From Muribaculaceae bacterium (GTDB lineage Bacteria > Bacteroidota > Bacteroidia > Bacteroidales > Muribaculaceae): DNA of 64,000 bases. Location: positions 11,083-75,082 of the forward strand of contig JAGAOW010000059.1 in NCBI GenBank assembly GCA_017889945.1, in the 5' to 3' direction. The stretch's first letter is position 1; each line of letters begins with the position of its first letter. Made by a program: the position numbers and the translations under genes. Under the pieces are notes generated by a model, which worked only from the letters and a program-made list of their open reading frames with translations, was not told the origin of the DNA and ran no database searches. Below are positions 18,991 to 28,686 of this stretch, one piece after another.

Positions 18991-20181
18991 ATGATTATGT
19001 CAAAGAAAATTGTGCCGGCCGCTCGTGTCGATGAAATCAAGGAATATTACTTCTCGCGCAAACTCCGCGAGCTTGCAAAACTCAACGCTCAGGGCGAAGA
19101 TATCATATCGCTCGGCATCGGCGGTCCTGACCGCGCCCCGTCGGACGAGGTCATCGCAACCGTGCAGCGCGAGGTGGCAAATCCGGCTAACCACAGTTAT
19201 CAGCCTCATAACGGTCTGCCAGAGCTGCGCCGTGGGTTTGCCGACTGGTATGCCGAAAAATATGGCGTCACGCTAGACCCTGACTGTGAAATTCAGCCTC
19301 TTATCGGCTCGAAAGAGGGCATACTGCATCTGACACTTACCTTTGTCAACCCCGGCGACGGCGTCCTCGTGCCCGACCCGGGCTATCCGACCTATACGTC
19401 GGTAAGCCGGCTTGCCGGAGCAGAAATATTCACTTACGACCTGACCGAGGAAGGCGGATGGCTGCCCGATTTCGATGCTCTCGAACGTCTTCCGCTCGAT
19501 AGAATCAAGCTGATGTGGGTCAATTATCCCCATATGCCTACCGGCCGTCAGGCAACGCGGGAGACATTCGAACGACTGATCGACTTCGGTCGCCGTCACG
19601 GCATAGTCATCGCCCACGACAACCCTTACAGCTTCATCCTCAACCGCAATCCGCAGAGCATACTTCAGGTGCCCGGCGCAAAGGATGTGGCTGTCGAGCT
19701 CAATTCGCTGAGCAAGAGCCACAACATGGCCGGCTGGCGTGTGGCTATGGCCGCGTCCAACCCCACCTTCATATCGTGGCTGCTTAAGGTCAAGAGCAAC
19801 ATCGACTCCGGCCAGTTCAAGCCCTTGATGCTCGCCGCCGCGCAGGCGCTGAAAGCTCCCGAGCAGTGGTATGATGATCTCTACGAGGTATATGCCGGCC
19901 GACGTGTCATCGCCGAATATATCATGCGTGAACTCGGCTGCACTTTCGACCCGCAGCAGCGCGGCATGTTTCTCTGGGGTCGCATCCCCGACTCGGTGCC
20001 CTCGGGCGAATGGCTTGCCGACGAACTGTTCTACAAGGCCAAGGTCTTCATAACGCCGGGCTTCATCTTCGGACGCAACGGCGAACGATATATACGCATC
20101 TCGCTCTGTGCCAAACCTGAAAAACTTCAGAAATCTCTAAACCGCATCCGCAACTATACAAAATCTCAGAAAAATGGATAA
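18991..20181 (+). CDS. PLP-dependent aminotransferase class I/II
   Basis: GSKEG, DPGYPTY, NYPHMPTG, DNPY and SLSKSHNMAGWR; lies in the aromatic amino acid operon. Confidence 0.9.
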   Translation: MIMSKKIVPAARVDEIKEYYFSRKLRELAKLNAQGEDIISLGIGGPDRAPSDEVIATVQREVANPANHSYQPHNGLPELRRGFADWYAEKYGVTLDPDCEIQPLIGSKEGILHLTLTFVNPGDGVLVPDPGYPTYTSVSRLAGAEIFTYDLTEEGGWLPDFDALERLPLDRIKLMWVNYPHMPTGRQATRETFERLIDFGRRHGIVIAHDNPYSFILNRNPQSILQVPGAKDVAVELNSLSKSHNMAGWRVAMAASNPTFISWLLKVKSNIDSGQFKPLMLAAAQALKAPEQWYDDLYEVYAGRRVIAEYIMRELGCTFDPQQRGMFLWGRIPDSVPSGEWLADELFYKAKVFITPGFIFGRNGERYIRISLCAKPEKLQKSLNRIRNYTKSQKNG

Positions 20182-21256
20182 TCTTCAACCGCTGTTCCCT
20201 ACGGTCGATTCGACCAAACCGATAATCATAGCCGGCCCTTGCAGCGCCGAAACCGAACAACAGGTGCTCGAGACCGCCCGCGGTCTGGCTGCCAACGGCA
20301 TAAAAATATTCCGCGCCGGAATTTGGAAACCCCGCACCCATCCCGGCGGCTTCGAAGGGGTAGGCGAGGCCGGCCTCGCGTGGCTCGCGAAAGTCAAGGA
20401 GGAGACCGGTATGCTCACGGCCACAGAGGTTGCCAACAGTCAGCATGTCGCGCTTGCGCTCGAAGCCAGAGTCGATGCGTTGTGGATAGGCGCACGCACC
20501 TCGGCCAATCCGTTTGCCATGCAGGAAATCGCCGATGCGCTCGCGGCCGCGGGTCGCGATGTTCCCGTCCTGGTCAAGAATCCAGTCAATCCCGATCTTG
20601 AACTGTGGATAGGCGCTATGCAGCGCATCTACAACGCCGGCATCAGGCGCATCGGGGCGATTCACCGCGGTTTCAGCGCCTATGGCCGTCATCTCTATCG
20701 CAATCTGCCCCAATGGCGCATCCCTATCGAGCTGCGCCGCCGCTTCCCAGAGTTGCCGGTGTTCTGCGACCCGAGCCATATCGGCGGCAAACGTGAGCTG
20801 ATAGCTCCGATTTCGCAGCAGGCGCTCGACATGAGCTTCAGCGGACTTATCATCGAGAGCCACTGCGACCCCGACTGCGCATGGAGCGACAAAACCCAGC
20901 AGATAACGCCCGAAGTGCTCAATTTCATCCTTCACACCCTTGTCTTGCGCGACAAGTCGACGTCGACCGAAAGTCTCGCCCTGCTGCGTCAGCAGATCGA
21001 CCGAATCGACGACGAACTGCTCGAACTGCTTGACAAACGTATGCGTGTGGCCCGTGAGATAGGCCATTATAAGCAGGAACACTCGATGCCCGTCATTCAG
21101 GCCGGGCGCTACAACGACCTGATGCAGCGCCGTGTGGCCACGGCCGAGGAGATGGGCATGTCGCCCGACTTCATGCGCTCGGTGCTTGCGGCTATTCATG
21201 AAGAGTCTGTGCGTCAACAGATTGAAATTGTCAACGGTCATCCACTCGAAAAATGA
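20174..21256 (+). CDS. Bifunctional DAHP synthase / chorismate mutase
   Basis: IAGPCSAE, WKPRT, WIGART, DPSH; C-terminal LRQQIDRIDDELLELL AroQ domain. Confidence 0.92.
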   Translation: MDNLQPLFPTVDSTKPIIIAGPCSAETEQQVLETARGLAANGIKIFRAGIWKPRTHPGGFEGVGEAGLAWLAKVKEETGMLTATEVANSQHVALALEARVDALWIGARTSANPFAMQEIADALAAAGRDVPVLVKNPVNPDLELWIGAMQRIYNAGIRRIGAIHRGFSAYGRHLYRNLPQWRIPIELRRRFPELPVFCDPSHIGGKRELIAPISQQALDMSFSGLIIESHCDPDCAWSDKTQQITPEVLNFILHTLVLRDKSTSTESLALLRQQIDRIDDELLELLDKRMRVAREIGHYKQEHSMPVIQAGRYNDLMQRRVATAEEMGMSPDFMRSVLAAIHEESVRQQIEIVNGHPLEK

Positions 21257-22026
21257 AAATACTTATATTGGGAGCCGGCAAGATGGGCTCATTCTTCTGC
21301 GATTTGCTTTCGTTCGACCACGAAGTCGCCATCTACGACCCCGACCCTCAGCGTCTGCGCTTCGTGTTCAACTGTCAGCGCTTCTCGTCGCTCGACGAGG
21401 TCGACGGCTTCGCGCCGCAATTGGTCATCAATGCTTCAACCGTCAAATTTACCCTTGACGCTTTCCGCGATGTGATGCCGCATCTGCCTGCCGGAGCGAT
21501 ACTTAGCGATATTGCTTCGGTCAAGACGGGTTTGCCTGAATTTTATGCTTCGTGTGGCCATCCGTTTGTGTCGACTCACCCCATGTTCGGCCCGACTTTT
21601 GCCTCGCTGAGCAATCTTTCTAACGAAAACGCCATCATCATCCGCGAGGGCGACCATCTGGGCAAGGTCTTTTTCCGCGACCTCTACAACAGCCTGCATC
21701 TCCATATCGAGGAATACAGCTTTGCCGAGCACGACGAGACGATAGCATATTCGCTTTCGATACCCTTTGCCTCCACGCTTGTGTTTGCTTCGACCATGAA
21801 GCATCAGGATGCGCCCGGAACGACTTTCAAACGCCATATGGCAATCGCTCAGGGCCTTATGAGCGAGGACGACTATCTGCTCAGCGAAATCCTCTTCAAT
21901 CCCAACACTCCCGCCCAGCTCGAACAGATACGCGAGCGACTCGAAGAGCTGCAGGATATAGTGGTCGCACGCGACTCTGCCCGCATCAAATCCTATCTCG
22001 ACCGCGTCCGCGACAATCTCCGATAA
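21253..22026 (+). CDS. tyrA: Prephenate dehydrogenase
   Basis: ILGAGKMG, SDIASVK, THPMFGP and EHD motifs. Confidence 0.9.
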   Translation: MKILILGAGKMGSFFCDLLSFDHEVAIYDPDPQRLRFVFNCQRFSSLDEVDGFAPQLVINASTVKFTLDAFRDVMPHLPAGAILSDIASVKTGLPEFYASCGHPFVSTHPMFGPTFASLSNLSNENAIIIREGDHLGKVFFRDLYNSLHLHIEEYSFAEHDETIAYSLSIPFASTLVFASTMKHQDAPGTTFKRHMAIAQGLMSEDDYLLSEILFNPNTPAQLEQIRERLEELQDIVVARDSARIKSYLDRVRDNLR

Positions 22027-22109
22027 TATTCCGCTCCAAATCATCCGATTTTCAGCTTTTATGATTAACTTTGCTGAAAGTCTTTGAATGAGTTTAAACC
22101 GTCGGCGAC

Positions 22110-25088
22110 ATGAACGAGGAAGCACTAAGTCAGCTATATCTTAAAGATACTGCATTTCAGAAACTTATGCAGCGGCGTATATTCAACGTCCTGCTGATAG
22201 CTTCGCCTTACGATGCGTTCATGATGGAGGAAGACGGACGAGTCGAGGAGCAGCTTTATTTCGAGTATGTCTCGCTCAACCTCAGCTCGCCTCCGCGCGT
22301 TACCAAGGTGTCTTCGTCGGCCGAGGCTGTCGAGGCTCTGAAATCGGGCCACTTCGACCTGGTCATTACCATGCCGAGCATGGACATATCTGAGACTTTC
22401 TCCGGCGCTGCTGCCATCAAGGCCGTCGAACCAAACATACCCGTGGTCGTGCTGACGCCCTTCTCGAAAGAGGTGTCGCGGCGTCTCGAAAACGAAGACT
22501 TCACTCATGTCGACTACGTTTTCAGTTGGCTCGGCAACATGGATCTGCTGCTGGCCATCATCAAGCTCATCGAGGACAAGATGAACGCCGACGACATTAC
22601 AGATGTCGGTGTGCAGATGCTCCTGCTGGTCGAGGACTCGGTGCGTTTCTATTCGTCGATATTGCCGACCGTATATAAATTCCTGCTCAAACAGTCGATG
22701 GTCTTTTCGACCGAGGCGCTCAACGAACACGAGCAGCGTCTGCGCATGCGCGGCCGCCCCAAAGTGATGCTTGCGCGCGACTATGAGGAGGCGGTGTCGC
22801 TTTTCGAGCGTTACCGCGACAATCTTCTTGGCGTCATCAGCGACGTTTCGTTCAAGCGCGATGGCGAGAAGGACACGCAGGCCGGCATCCGCCTTGCGTC
22901 CTATATCCGTTCGCGTTCGCCCTATCTGCCGATAATCATAGAGTCGAGCGATGTCGACAACGCCGAGCGTGTCAAGTCGTTTGGCGGTGTATTCCTTGAT
23001 AAAAATTCCAAAAAACTTCCTGTCGACCTTGGCGAAGCCATAATGTCGAATTTCGGCTTTGGCGATTTCATAGTCCGCGATCCGGCCACCGGCCGTGAGA
23101 TTATGCGTCTGAAAGAGCTGAAAGACATGCAGAAAAACATTTTCGCCATTCCCGACGAAGCTCTTTTCCATCATGCCTCGACCAACGACATCTCGCGCTG
23201 GTTCTATTCGCGTGCGCTCTTCCCTATTGCCGAAGTCATAAAGCAGCACCGCTTCCGCTCGCTCGACGAAGCCCCTGCTGTCAAGCAACTTTTTTTCGAC
23301 CTGATCGTCAAATACCGCAAGATGAAAAATCGCGGTGTTGTCGCCGTTTTCCGCAAAGACCGTTTCGACTATTATTCCAACTTCGCCCGCATAGGCGAGG
23401 GGAGTCTCGGCGGCAAGGGGCGCGGCCTGGCGTTTGTCGATTCGATTATAAAGAAAAATCCTGTTTGTGATAATTTTTCGGGCGTGACGATTTCTATCCC
23501 GCGCACCGTGGTGCTCTGTACTGACATCTTCGATGAATTCATGGCCTCCAACGGCCTCTACCCGATGGCTCTCAGCGATGCGCCCGACGAAGAAATTCTC
23601 AAAGCTTTTTTAGCGGCGAAGTTGCCCGACCGTCTGATCGACGATTTCTTTGCACTATTTGAAGTCATAGAGCGTCCGCTCGCCATCCGCAGCTCAGGCC
23701 TGCTGGAAGATTCGCATTATCAGCCGTTTGCCGGCATTTATTCGACCTATATGATACCCTATGTGCAAGACCCTCTCGAGCGTCTGCGCATGTTGGTCGA
23801 GTCGATTAAAGGTGTCTATGCCTCGGTTTTCTTCAAGGCGAGCAAGGCATATATGTCGGCCACGAGCAATGTCATCGATCAGGAGAAGATGGCTGTCATC
23901 ATTCAGGAAGTCGTTGGCGAGGACCACGGCAACTGCTATTTCCCCTCTTTCTCCGGCGTAGGGCGTTCGCTCAACTATTATCCCATTGGCGAAGAGACTA
24001 CTGCCGACGGCGTTGCCGAAGTGGCTGTCGGTCTGGGAAAATATATTGTCGACGGCGGTCTGAGCCTGCGTTTTTCGCCGCGTCATCCCGATAAAGTGCT
24101 TCAGACCTCGACTCTCGAACTGGCTCTGCGTGATACCCAGACCGAACTTTATGCTCTCGGCCCTAACAATTCGTCGCTCGAGATGTCGGCCGACGACGGT
24201 TTCAACATCGTGCGCCGACCTGTGCGCGACTTTGCCGGAACGGGTGCGTTGCGCTATCTCGTCTCGACTTATGATCCGCAGAACGGCATTCTGATGGACT
24301 ACGACACTCCGGGTCGCGGACGCAAAGTGGTCACATTTGCCAACATCTTGCGCGACAAGGTTTTCCCGCTCGCGCCGGCTGTCGATTTCATGCTGCGTCA
24401 GGGTCAGATTGAAATGCAGCGGCCTGTCGAAATCGAATTTGCCGGCATCATTTCTCAGACTCCCTCGCCCGAAGGCATCAAGGGTCATATCTACTGGCTA
24501 CAGATTCGTCCGATAATCGACAAGAAGGAAAATGTCGACGAAGCTGCGCTCAAGGCGGCCGACGAAGAGCTGATTCTCCGCAGCAACACCGCTCTCGGCC
24601 ACGGCAATATAGAAGGCTTGCGCACTGTGGTCTATGTCAAACCTGAAACATTCGATTCGCTGCGCAATTCAGATGTCGCTCTCGAGCTTAACCGCCTCAA
24701 CAGCGAACTCGTGGCGCGTGGCGAAGCATTCATACTCATCGGTCCCGGACGCTGGGGTTCAAGCGACCCCGCTCTCGGCATCCCGGTCAAATGGCCCGAC
24801 ATCTCCGGCGCTCGCCTGATTGTTGAGTCCTCCTTGACAAATTATCGCATTGAGCCCAGTCAGGGCACTCATTTCTTCCACAACCTTACCTCGTTCGGCG
24901 TTGGATATTTCACTATCAATCCATTCAGCGACGACGGCCTGTATGATGTCGACTACCTCAACGCCATGCCTGCCGTGTATGAATCCGAGCGGCTGAGGGT
25001 TGTGCGCTTCGATAGTCCGCTTTCTGTCGCAATCGACGGTCGAAAGGGGGCTGGTGTAGTTTTCAAACCTGATAAACCAAAAATTTAG
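22110..25088 (+). CDS. PEP/pyruvate-binding (PPDK_N) domain protein with N-terminal receiver-like domains
   Basis: GGKGRGL, AIRSSGLLED, FAGIYST, GLG and EIEFA dikinase ATP-binding motifs. REC-like segments FDLVIT and LLLVED...GVISD. Confidence 0.8.
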   Translation: MNEEALSQLYLKDTAFQKLMQRRIFNVLLIASPYDAFMMEEDGRVEEQLYFEYVSLNLSSPPRVTKVSSSAEAVEALKSGHFDLVITMPSMDISETFSGAAAIKAVEPNIPVVVLTPFSKEVSRRLENEDFTHVDYVFSWLGNMDLLLAIIKLIEDKMNADDITDVGVQMLLLVEDSVRFYSSILPTVYKFLLKQSMVFSTEALNEHEQRLRMRGRPKVMLARDYEEAVSLFERYRDNLLGVISDVSFKRDGEKDTQAGIRLASYIRSRSPYLPIIIESSDVDNAERVKSFGGVFLDKNSKKLPVDLGEAIMSNFGFGDFIVRDPATGREIMRLKELKDMQKNIFAIPDEALFHHASTNDISRWFYSRALFPIAEVIKQHRFRSLDEAPAVKQLFFDLIVKYRKMKNRGVVAVFRKDRFDYYSNFARIGEGSLGGKGRGLAFVDSIIKKNPVCDNFSGVTISIPRTVVLCTDIFDEFMASNGLYPMALSDAPDEEILKAFLAAKLPDRLIDDFFALFEVIERPLAIRSSGLLEDSHYQPFAGIYSTYMIPYVQDPLERLRMLVESIKGVYASVFFKASKAYMSATSNVIDQEKMAVIIQEVVGEDHGNCYFPSFSGVGRSLNYYPIGEETTADGVAEVAVGLGKYIVDGGLSLRFSPRHPDKVLQTSTLELALRDTQTELYALGPNNSSLEMSADDGFNIVRRPVRDFAGTGALRYLVSTYDPQNGILMDYDTPGRGRKVVTFANILRDKVFPLAPAVDFMLRQGQIEMQRPVEIEFAGIISQTPSPEGIKGHIYWLQIRPIIDKKENVDEAALKAADEELILRSNTALGHGNIEGLRTVVYVKPETFDSLRNSDVALELNRLNSELVARGEAFILIGPGRWGSSDPALGIPVKWPDISGARLIVESSLTNYRIEPSQGTHFFHNLTSFGVGYFTINPFSDDGLYDVDYLNAMPAVYESERLRVVRFDSPLSVAIDGRKGAGVVFKPDKPKI

Positions 25089-25089
25089 G

Positions 25090-26457
25090 ATGTCCTTTTT
25101 TAGCTTATTCAAAAAATCATTAGGTCTCGGCGAAGACACCGACGACGGTTTGCTCGAAGACAGCGACGAAGCTCAGGCTGTATCCGATAATGCTCCGGTC
25201 GAGAAACCCAATATGCCCCGTGTTTCGGCCGAAAATGTCGATGTCTCAGTCGACAGCGTCAAGGCTGACCTCATATTCGACCGCGTGGTCAGAGTTTTCA
25301 ACGAGTCTCTGCCTTCTTTCCTTCGTGATGCTGTCGACCCGGCGGCGCAGCGTAAGATGCTCTATGACGGGCTCGATGCCTCGCTCAAAGAATACATCGA
25401 GTCGCTGGGCGCTCTTACCCGTCAGAAATGCGAGGCGCAGTGGGCTGCGGAGCAGAGCGCAATGCGCAATGAAATGGACAATCTCCGCAACAAAACCAAA
25501 GAAATCGAACAGCAGCGCTTCGACATCAAGCAGCAGCAACTTAGCGCCGACCGTCAGCGCCGTGCGCTTAACGACCGTGTCCACGACCTTGAAACTCAGA
25601 TTGCTAATCTTGAGGCCGAGCGTGAGCAGTTCGACCTTGAGAACAAGAGTCTGGTCAACAAACTTAAAGTGGCCGGAGTGCATGAGACCGAGGCCGACGA
25701 TTTGCGCGCCGAACTTAATGAAGCGCGGGCCGAAATTGCACGGCTGCGTGCCGGTGTCGCCGACGATGTTCCGGCTGAGACGGCTGAGCGCATAGCCGCT
25801 CTCGAAGCCGAACTCGCCGCCGCTCATGAATCGCTCGAAGCCGCTGCCGAAAAAGACCGCATTGCCACTGAGATGTTCAACGGTCTGCAGTCAAAAGCCG
25901 CATCATCGCGCGAGGAGCTTGAGGCTAAGACTGCCGAGGCCGAGCAACTCAAAACCCGTCTGGCCGAAGCCGAGGCTGCCGCTAATGAGGTCGACCGGCT
26001 GAGCGAGCAGATGGCTAAAGTCGAAGAGCTTATAGCCAAGCGCGACCGCAAGATTGCGCAGCTTAAAGAGTCGTGCGAGTCTCTTCGTTCGGAGAATGAC
26101 TCGCTCCGCCAGACTATTTCCACCAATATTCAGCTTCATGCCGATGCTCAGGCCAAGCTTGAGGAGCGCATTGCCGAACTCGAGGCCAATTTGGCCGGCC
26201 CGGTCGCCGTATCTGACCTCGTAGCCGAACCTGAGGCCGAAGCGGTCGCTGAACAAATCGAAGTAGCGACGCCCAAAATCTCTGATATCGACCTTGCTGC
26301 CATAGAAGAAACTTTCGACAGCGCCGACTGGATGCGTTCCGACCCGCCCGAAACCCCGTCGATGCGTACGGGTGTCAGCGAGGCCGAGTTTGGCTATCAG
26401 GCCCCCTTGCGCAAGCCGAACCGTCCTGACAATGACGCCCAACTTTCGCTTTTTTAA
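25090..26457 (+). CDS. Hypothetical long coiled-coil protein with C-terminal QLSLF
   Basis: Extended E/A/L/K/R heptad region, acidic tail, ends DAQLSLF. Tightly coupled to both neighbours. Confidence 0.8.
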   Translation: MSFFSLFKKSLGLGEDTDDGLLEDSDEAQAVSDNAPVEKPNMPRVSAENVDVSVDSVKADLIFDRVVRVFNESLPSFLRDAVDPAAQRKMLYDGLDASLKEYIESLGALTRQKCEAQWAAEQSAMRNEMDNLRNKTKEIEQQRFDIKQQQLSADRQRRALNDRVHDLETQIANLEAEREQFDLENKSLVNKLKVAGVHETEADDLRAELNEARAEIARLRAGVADDVPAETAERIAALEAELAAAHESLEAAAEKDRIATEMFNGLQSKAASSREELEAKTAEAEQLKTRLAEAEAAANEVDRLSEQMAKVEELIAKRDRKIAQLKESCESLRSENDSLRQTISTNIQLHADAQAKLEERIAELEANLAGPVAVSDLVAEPEAEAVAEQIEVATPKISDIDLAAIEETFDSADWMRSDPPETPSMRTGVSEAEFGYQAPLRKPNRPDNDAQLSLF

Positions 26458-26475
26458 TTGAATTTATTTCGAATC

Positions 26476-28686
26476 ATGAATAATCACATTATCAAACATA
26501 CATTCTGTTCACTTGTGCTCGCTGCGTCGGCTCTGAGTCTGTCGGCCGCAGGCGCGCGTTCGCCGTATGTCAGCGAAATATCCGATTTCGTTTATCCTCA
26601 GAATGCGCCGCGTTCGGTGTCCGGCTATGTCTACATGCCCGACGGACAAAGCTATCTGGCCCTTTCTGACGACCACACGGCCATTGTCCGCTATGACCTC
26701 AAAAGCGGCAAGGAACTTGGCAAATATGTCGACTTTACCAATACTCGCGAGAATACCATTGCCGGAGCTGAGGGCTTTTCGATTAGCAAGGATGCCTCTA
26801 AAGTCCTTGTTTACACCTCAAGCCGCCACATCTACCGGCGCTCGTTCGAAGCCGAATATTATGTTTTCGACACTCATTCGCGTGAACTTCGACCGCTTTC
26901 TGCAGCGCATAAGACTCAGCGTTCGCCCGTATTCTCCGACAATTCGCGCATGGTCGCATTCGTCGCCGCCGATAATAATATCTATGTCAAGAAACTCGAT
27001 TACAACACCGAAGTCGCTGTTACCGAAGATGGCAAGGTCGGCGAGATAATCAACGGCGTAAGCGACTGGACATATGAGGAGGAATTCAAGACGACTTGCT
27101 CTATGGCCTGGGCGCCCGACAACTCGACGCTCTGTTTCGTTAAATACAACGAAACTGATGTGCCGACCTACACTTTGCCGCAGTATTACAACTATTGTGA
27201 GCCTGACGATAATTTTGAATATTACCCCGGCGTCTATTCTTATAAATACCCCGTGGCCGGCGAGAGCAATTCGCGTGTATCTCTCCACAGCTACGATGTC
27301 GAGACACGCAAGGTTAAGGATATCGTTCTCTCTGACGCTAAAATCGAATATATTCCGAATATCAGCTATGCTCCCGCTTCTTCGGTGCTGATTGTGCCTA
27401 CGCTCAATCGCGAGCAGAACCGTCTCGAAATCTACAGTGTCAATCCTAAATCGACTGTCGTTAAGTCGATTTATGTCGAGGAATCGCAGTCATGGATTGC
27501 TCCCGAGACTTACGAAGATCTCTATCTCGGAGAGCGTGACATGATCGTTCTCTCGTGCCGCAGCGGTTATGCTCAGCTTTATCAGTATTCCTACACTGGT
27601 CAGGAGCTGCGCCGTATCACTTCCGGCGACTTCGACGTTACTGCATATTATGGCGCTGACGCCCTCGGCAATCATTATTATCAGTCTGCGCAGCCGACTC
27701 CGCTCGACCGCACTGTTAACTGCGTCGACCGTAAGAATGTCGTTCGCCGTATCAGTCCTGAGAACGGATGGGCTTCAGCCAATTTCACTCCGTCGATGGA
27801 CATTCTGATGCTTAATCACAGCGATGCAAAAACGCCGCCCGTAACGACTTTGTTTTCGGCTGCCGGCAAGAGCATCCGCACTGTCGAAGACAATGCGGCC
27901 TATCGTTCACGCTACGAAGGCAAAATTCCGGCCAAAGAGTTTTTCACTTTCAACAGCGACGGCTATGAGCTCAACGGCTATATCATAAAGCCTGCCGATT
28001 TCTCCGCTTCGCGTAAATATCCCGTCGTCATGGTTCAGTACAGCGGTCCGGGCTCGCAGAGCGTTGTCAACCGTTGGCAGATGGATTTCGACTATTTTTA
28101 TGCCATGAAAGGCTATGTCATCGTTTGTGTCGACGGTCGTGGCACCGGCGGTCGCGGACGCGCTTTCTCTGATGTCGTCTACAAGCAGCTTGGCCATTAC
28201 GAGACCATCGATCAGGTCAATGCGGCCAATCATATAGCTTCGTTGCCCTATGTCGACTCATCGCGTATCGGCATCTACGGCTGGAGCTATGGCGGCTATG
28301 AGGCGCTGATGTGTGCCACAGAGCCTTCCTCGCCCTTTGCCGCTACAGTCGCCGTTGCACCCGTGACCGACTGGCGTTTCTACGATACCGTTTATGCCGA
28401 ACGCTATATGTTGACGCCCCAGCAGAATTTCGACGGCTACAGAAACTCTGCGCCTATAAACCGAACATCGAGACTTTCTTGTCCGTTATTGCTCATGTAC
28501 GGTACTTCCGACGACAACGTGCATCCGGCCAATACGCTTCAGTTCGTTTCGCGTCTCCAGACTCAGGGGCTTTTATGCGACATGTTTGTTTTTCCGGGCA
28601 TGAACCATTCGATCAATGGCTGTAATTCCCGCGCCGTCGTTTACGCCAAAATGCTTGATTTCTTTGACCGTAATCTGAAAAAATGA
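26476..28686 (+). CDS. S9B dipeptidyl-peptidase IV-like peptidase
   Basis: Signal peptide, DWTYEEE, YSGPGS, GWSYGG, DDNVH and catalytic His in NHSI. Confidence 0.93.
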   Translation: MNNHIIKHTFCSLVLAASALSLSAAGARSPYVSEISDFVYPQNAPRSVSGYVYMPDGQSYLALSDDHTAIVRYDLKSGKELGKYVDFTNTRENTIAGAEGFSISKDASKVLVYTSSRHIYRRSFEAEYYVFDTHSRELRPLSAAHKTQRSPVFSDNSRMVAFVAADNNIYVKKLDYNTEVAVTEDGKVGEIINGVSDWTYEEEFKTTCSMAWAPDNSTLCFVKYNETDVPTYTLPQYYNYCEPDDNFEYYPGVYSYKYPVAGESNSRVSLHSYDVETRKVKDIVLSDAKIEYIPNISYAPASSVLIVPTLNREQNRLEIYSVNPKSTVVKSIYVEESQSWIAPETYEDLYLGERDMIVLSCRSGYAQLYQYSYTGQELRRITSGDFDVTAYYGADALGNHYYQSAQPTPLDRTVNCVDRKNVVRRISPENGWASANFTPSMDILMLNHSDAKTPPVTTLFSAAGKSIRTVEDNAAYRSRYEGKIPAKEFFTFNSDGYELNGYIIKPADFSASRKYPVVMVQYSGPGSQSVVNRWQMDFDYFYAMKGYVIVCVDGRGTGGRGRAFSDVVYKQLGHYETIDQVNAANHIASLPYVDSSRIGIYGWSYGGYEALMCATEPSSPFAATVAVAPVTDWRFYDTVYAERYMLTPQQNFDGYRNSAPINRTSRLSCPLLLMYGTSDDNVHPANTLQFVSRLQTQGLLCDMFVFPGMNHSINGCNSRAVVYAKMLDFFDRNLKK

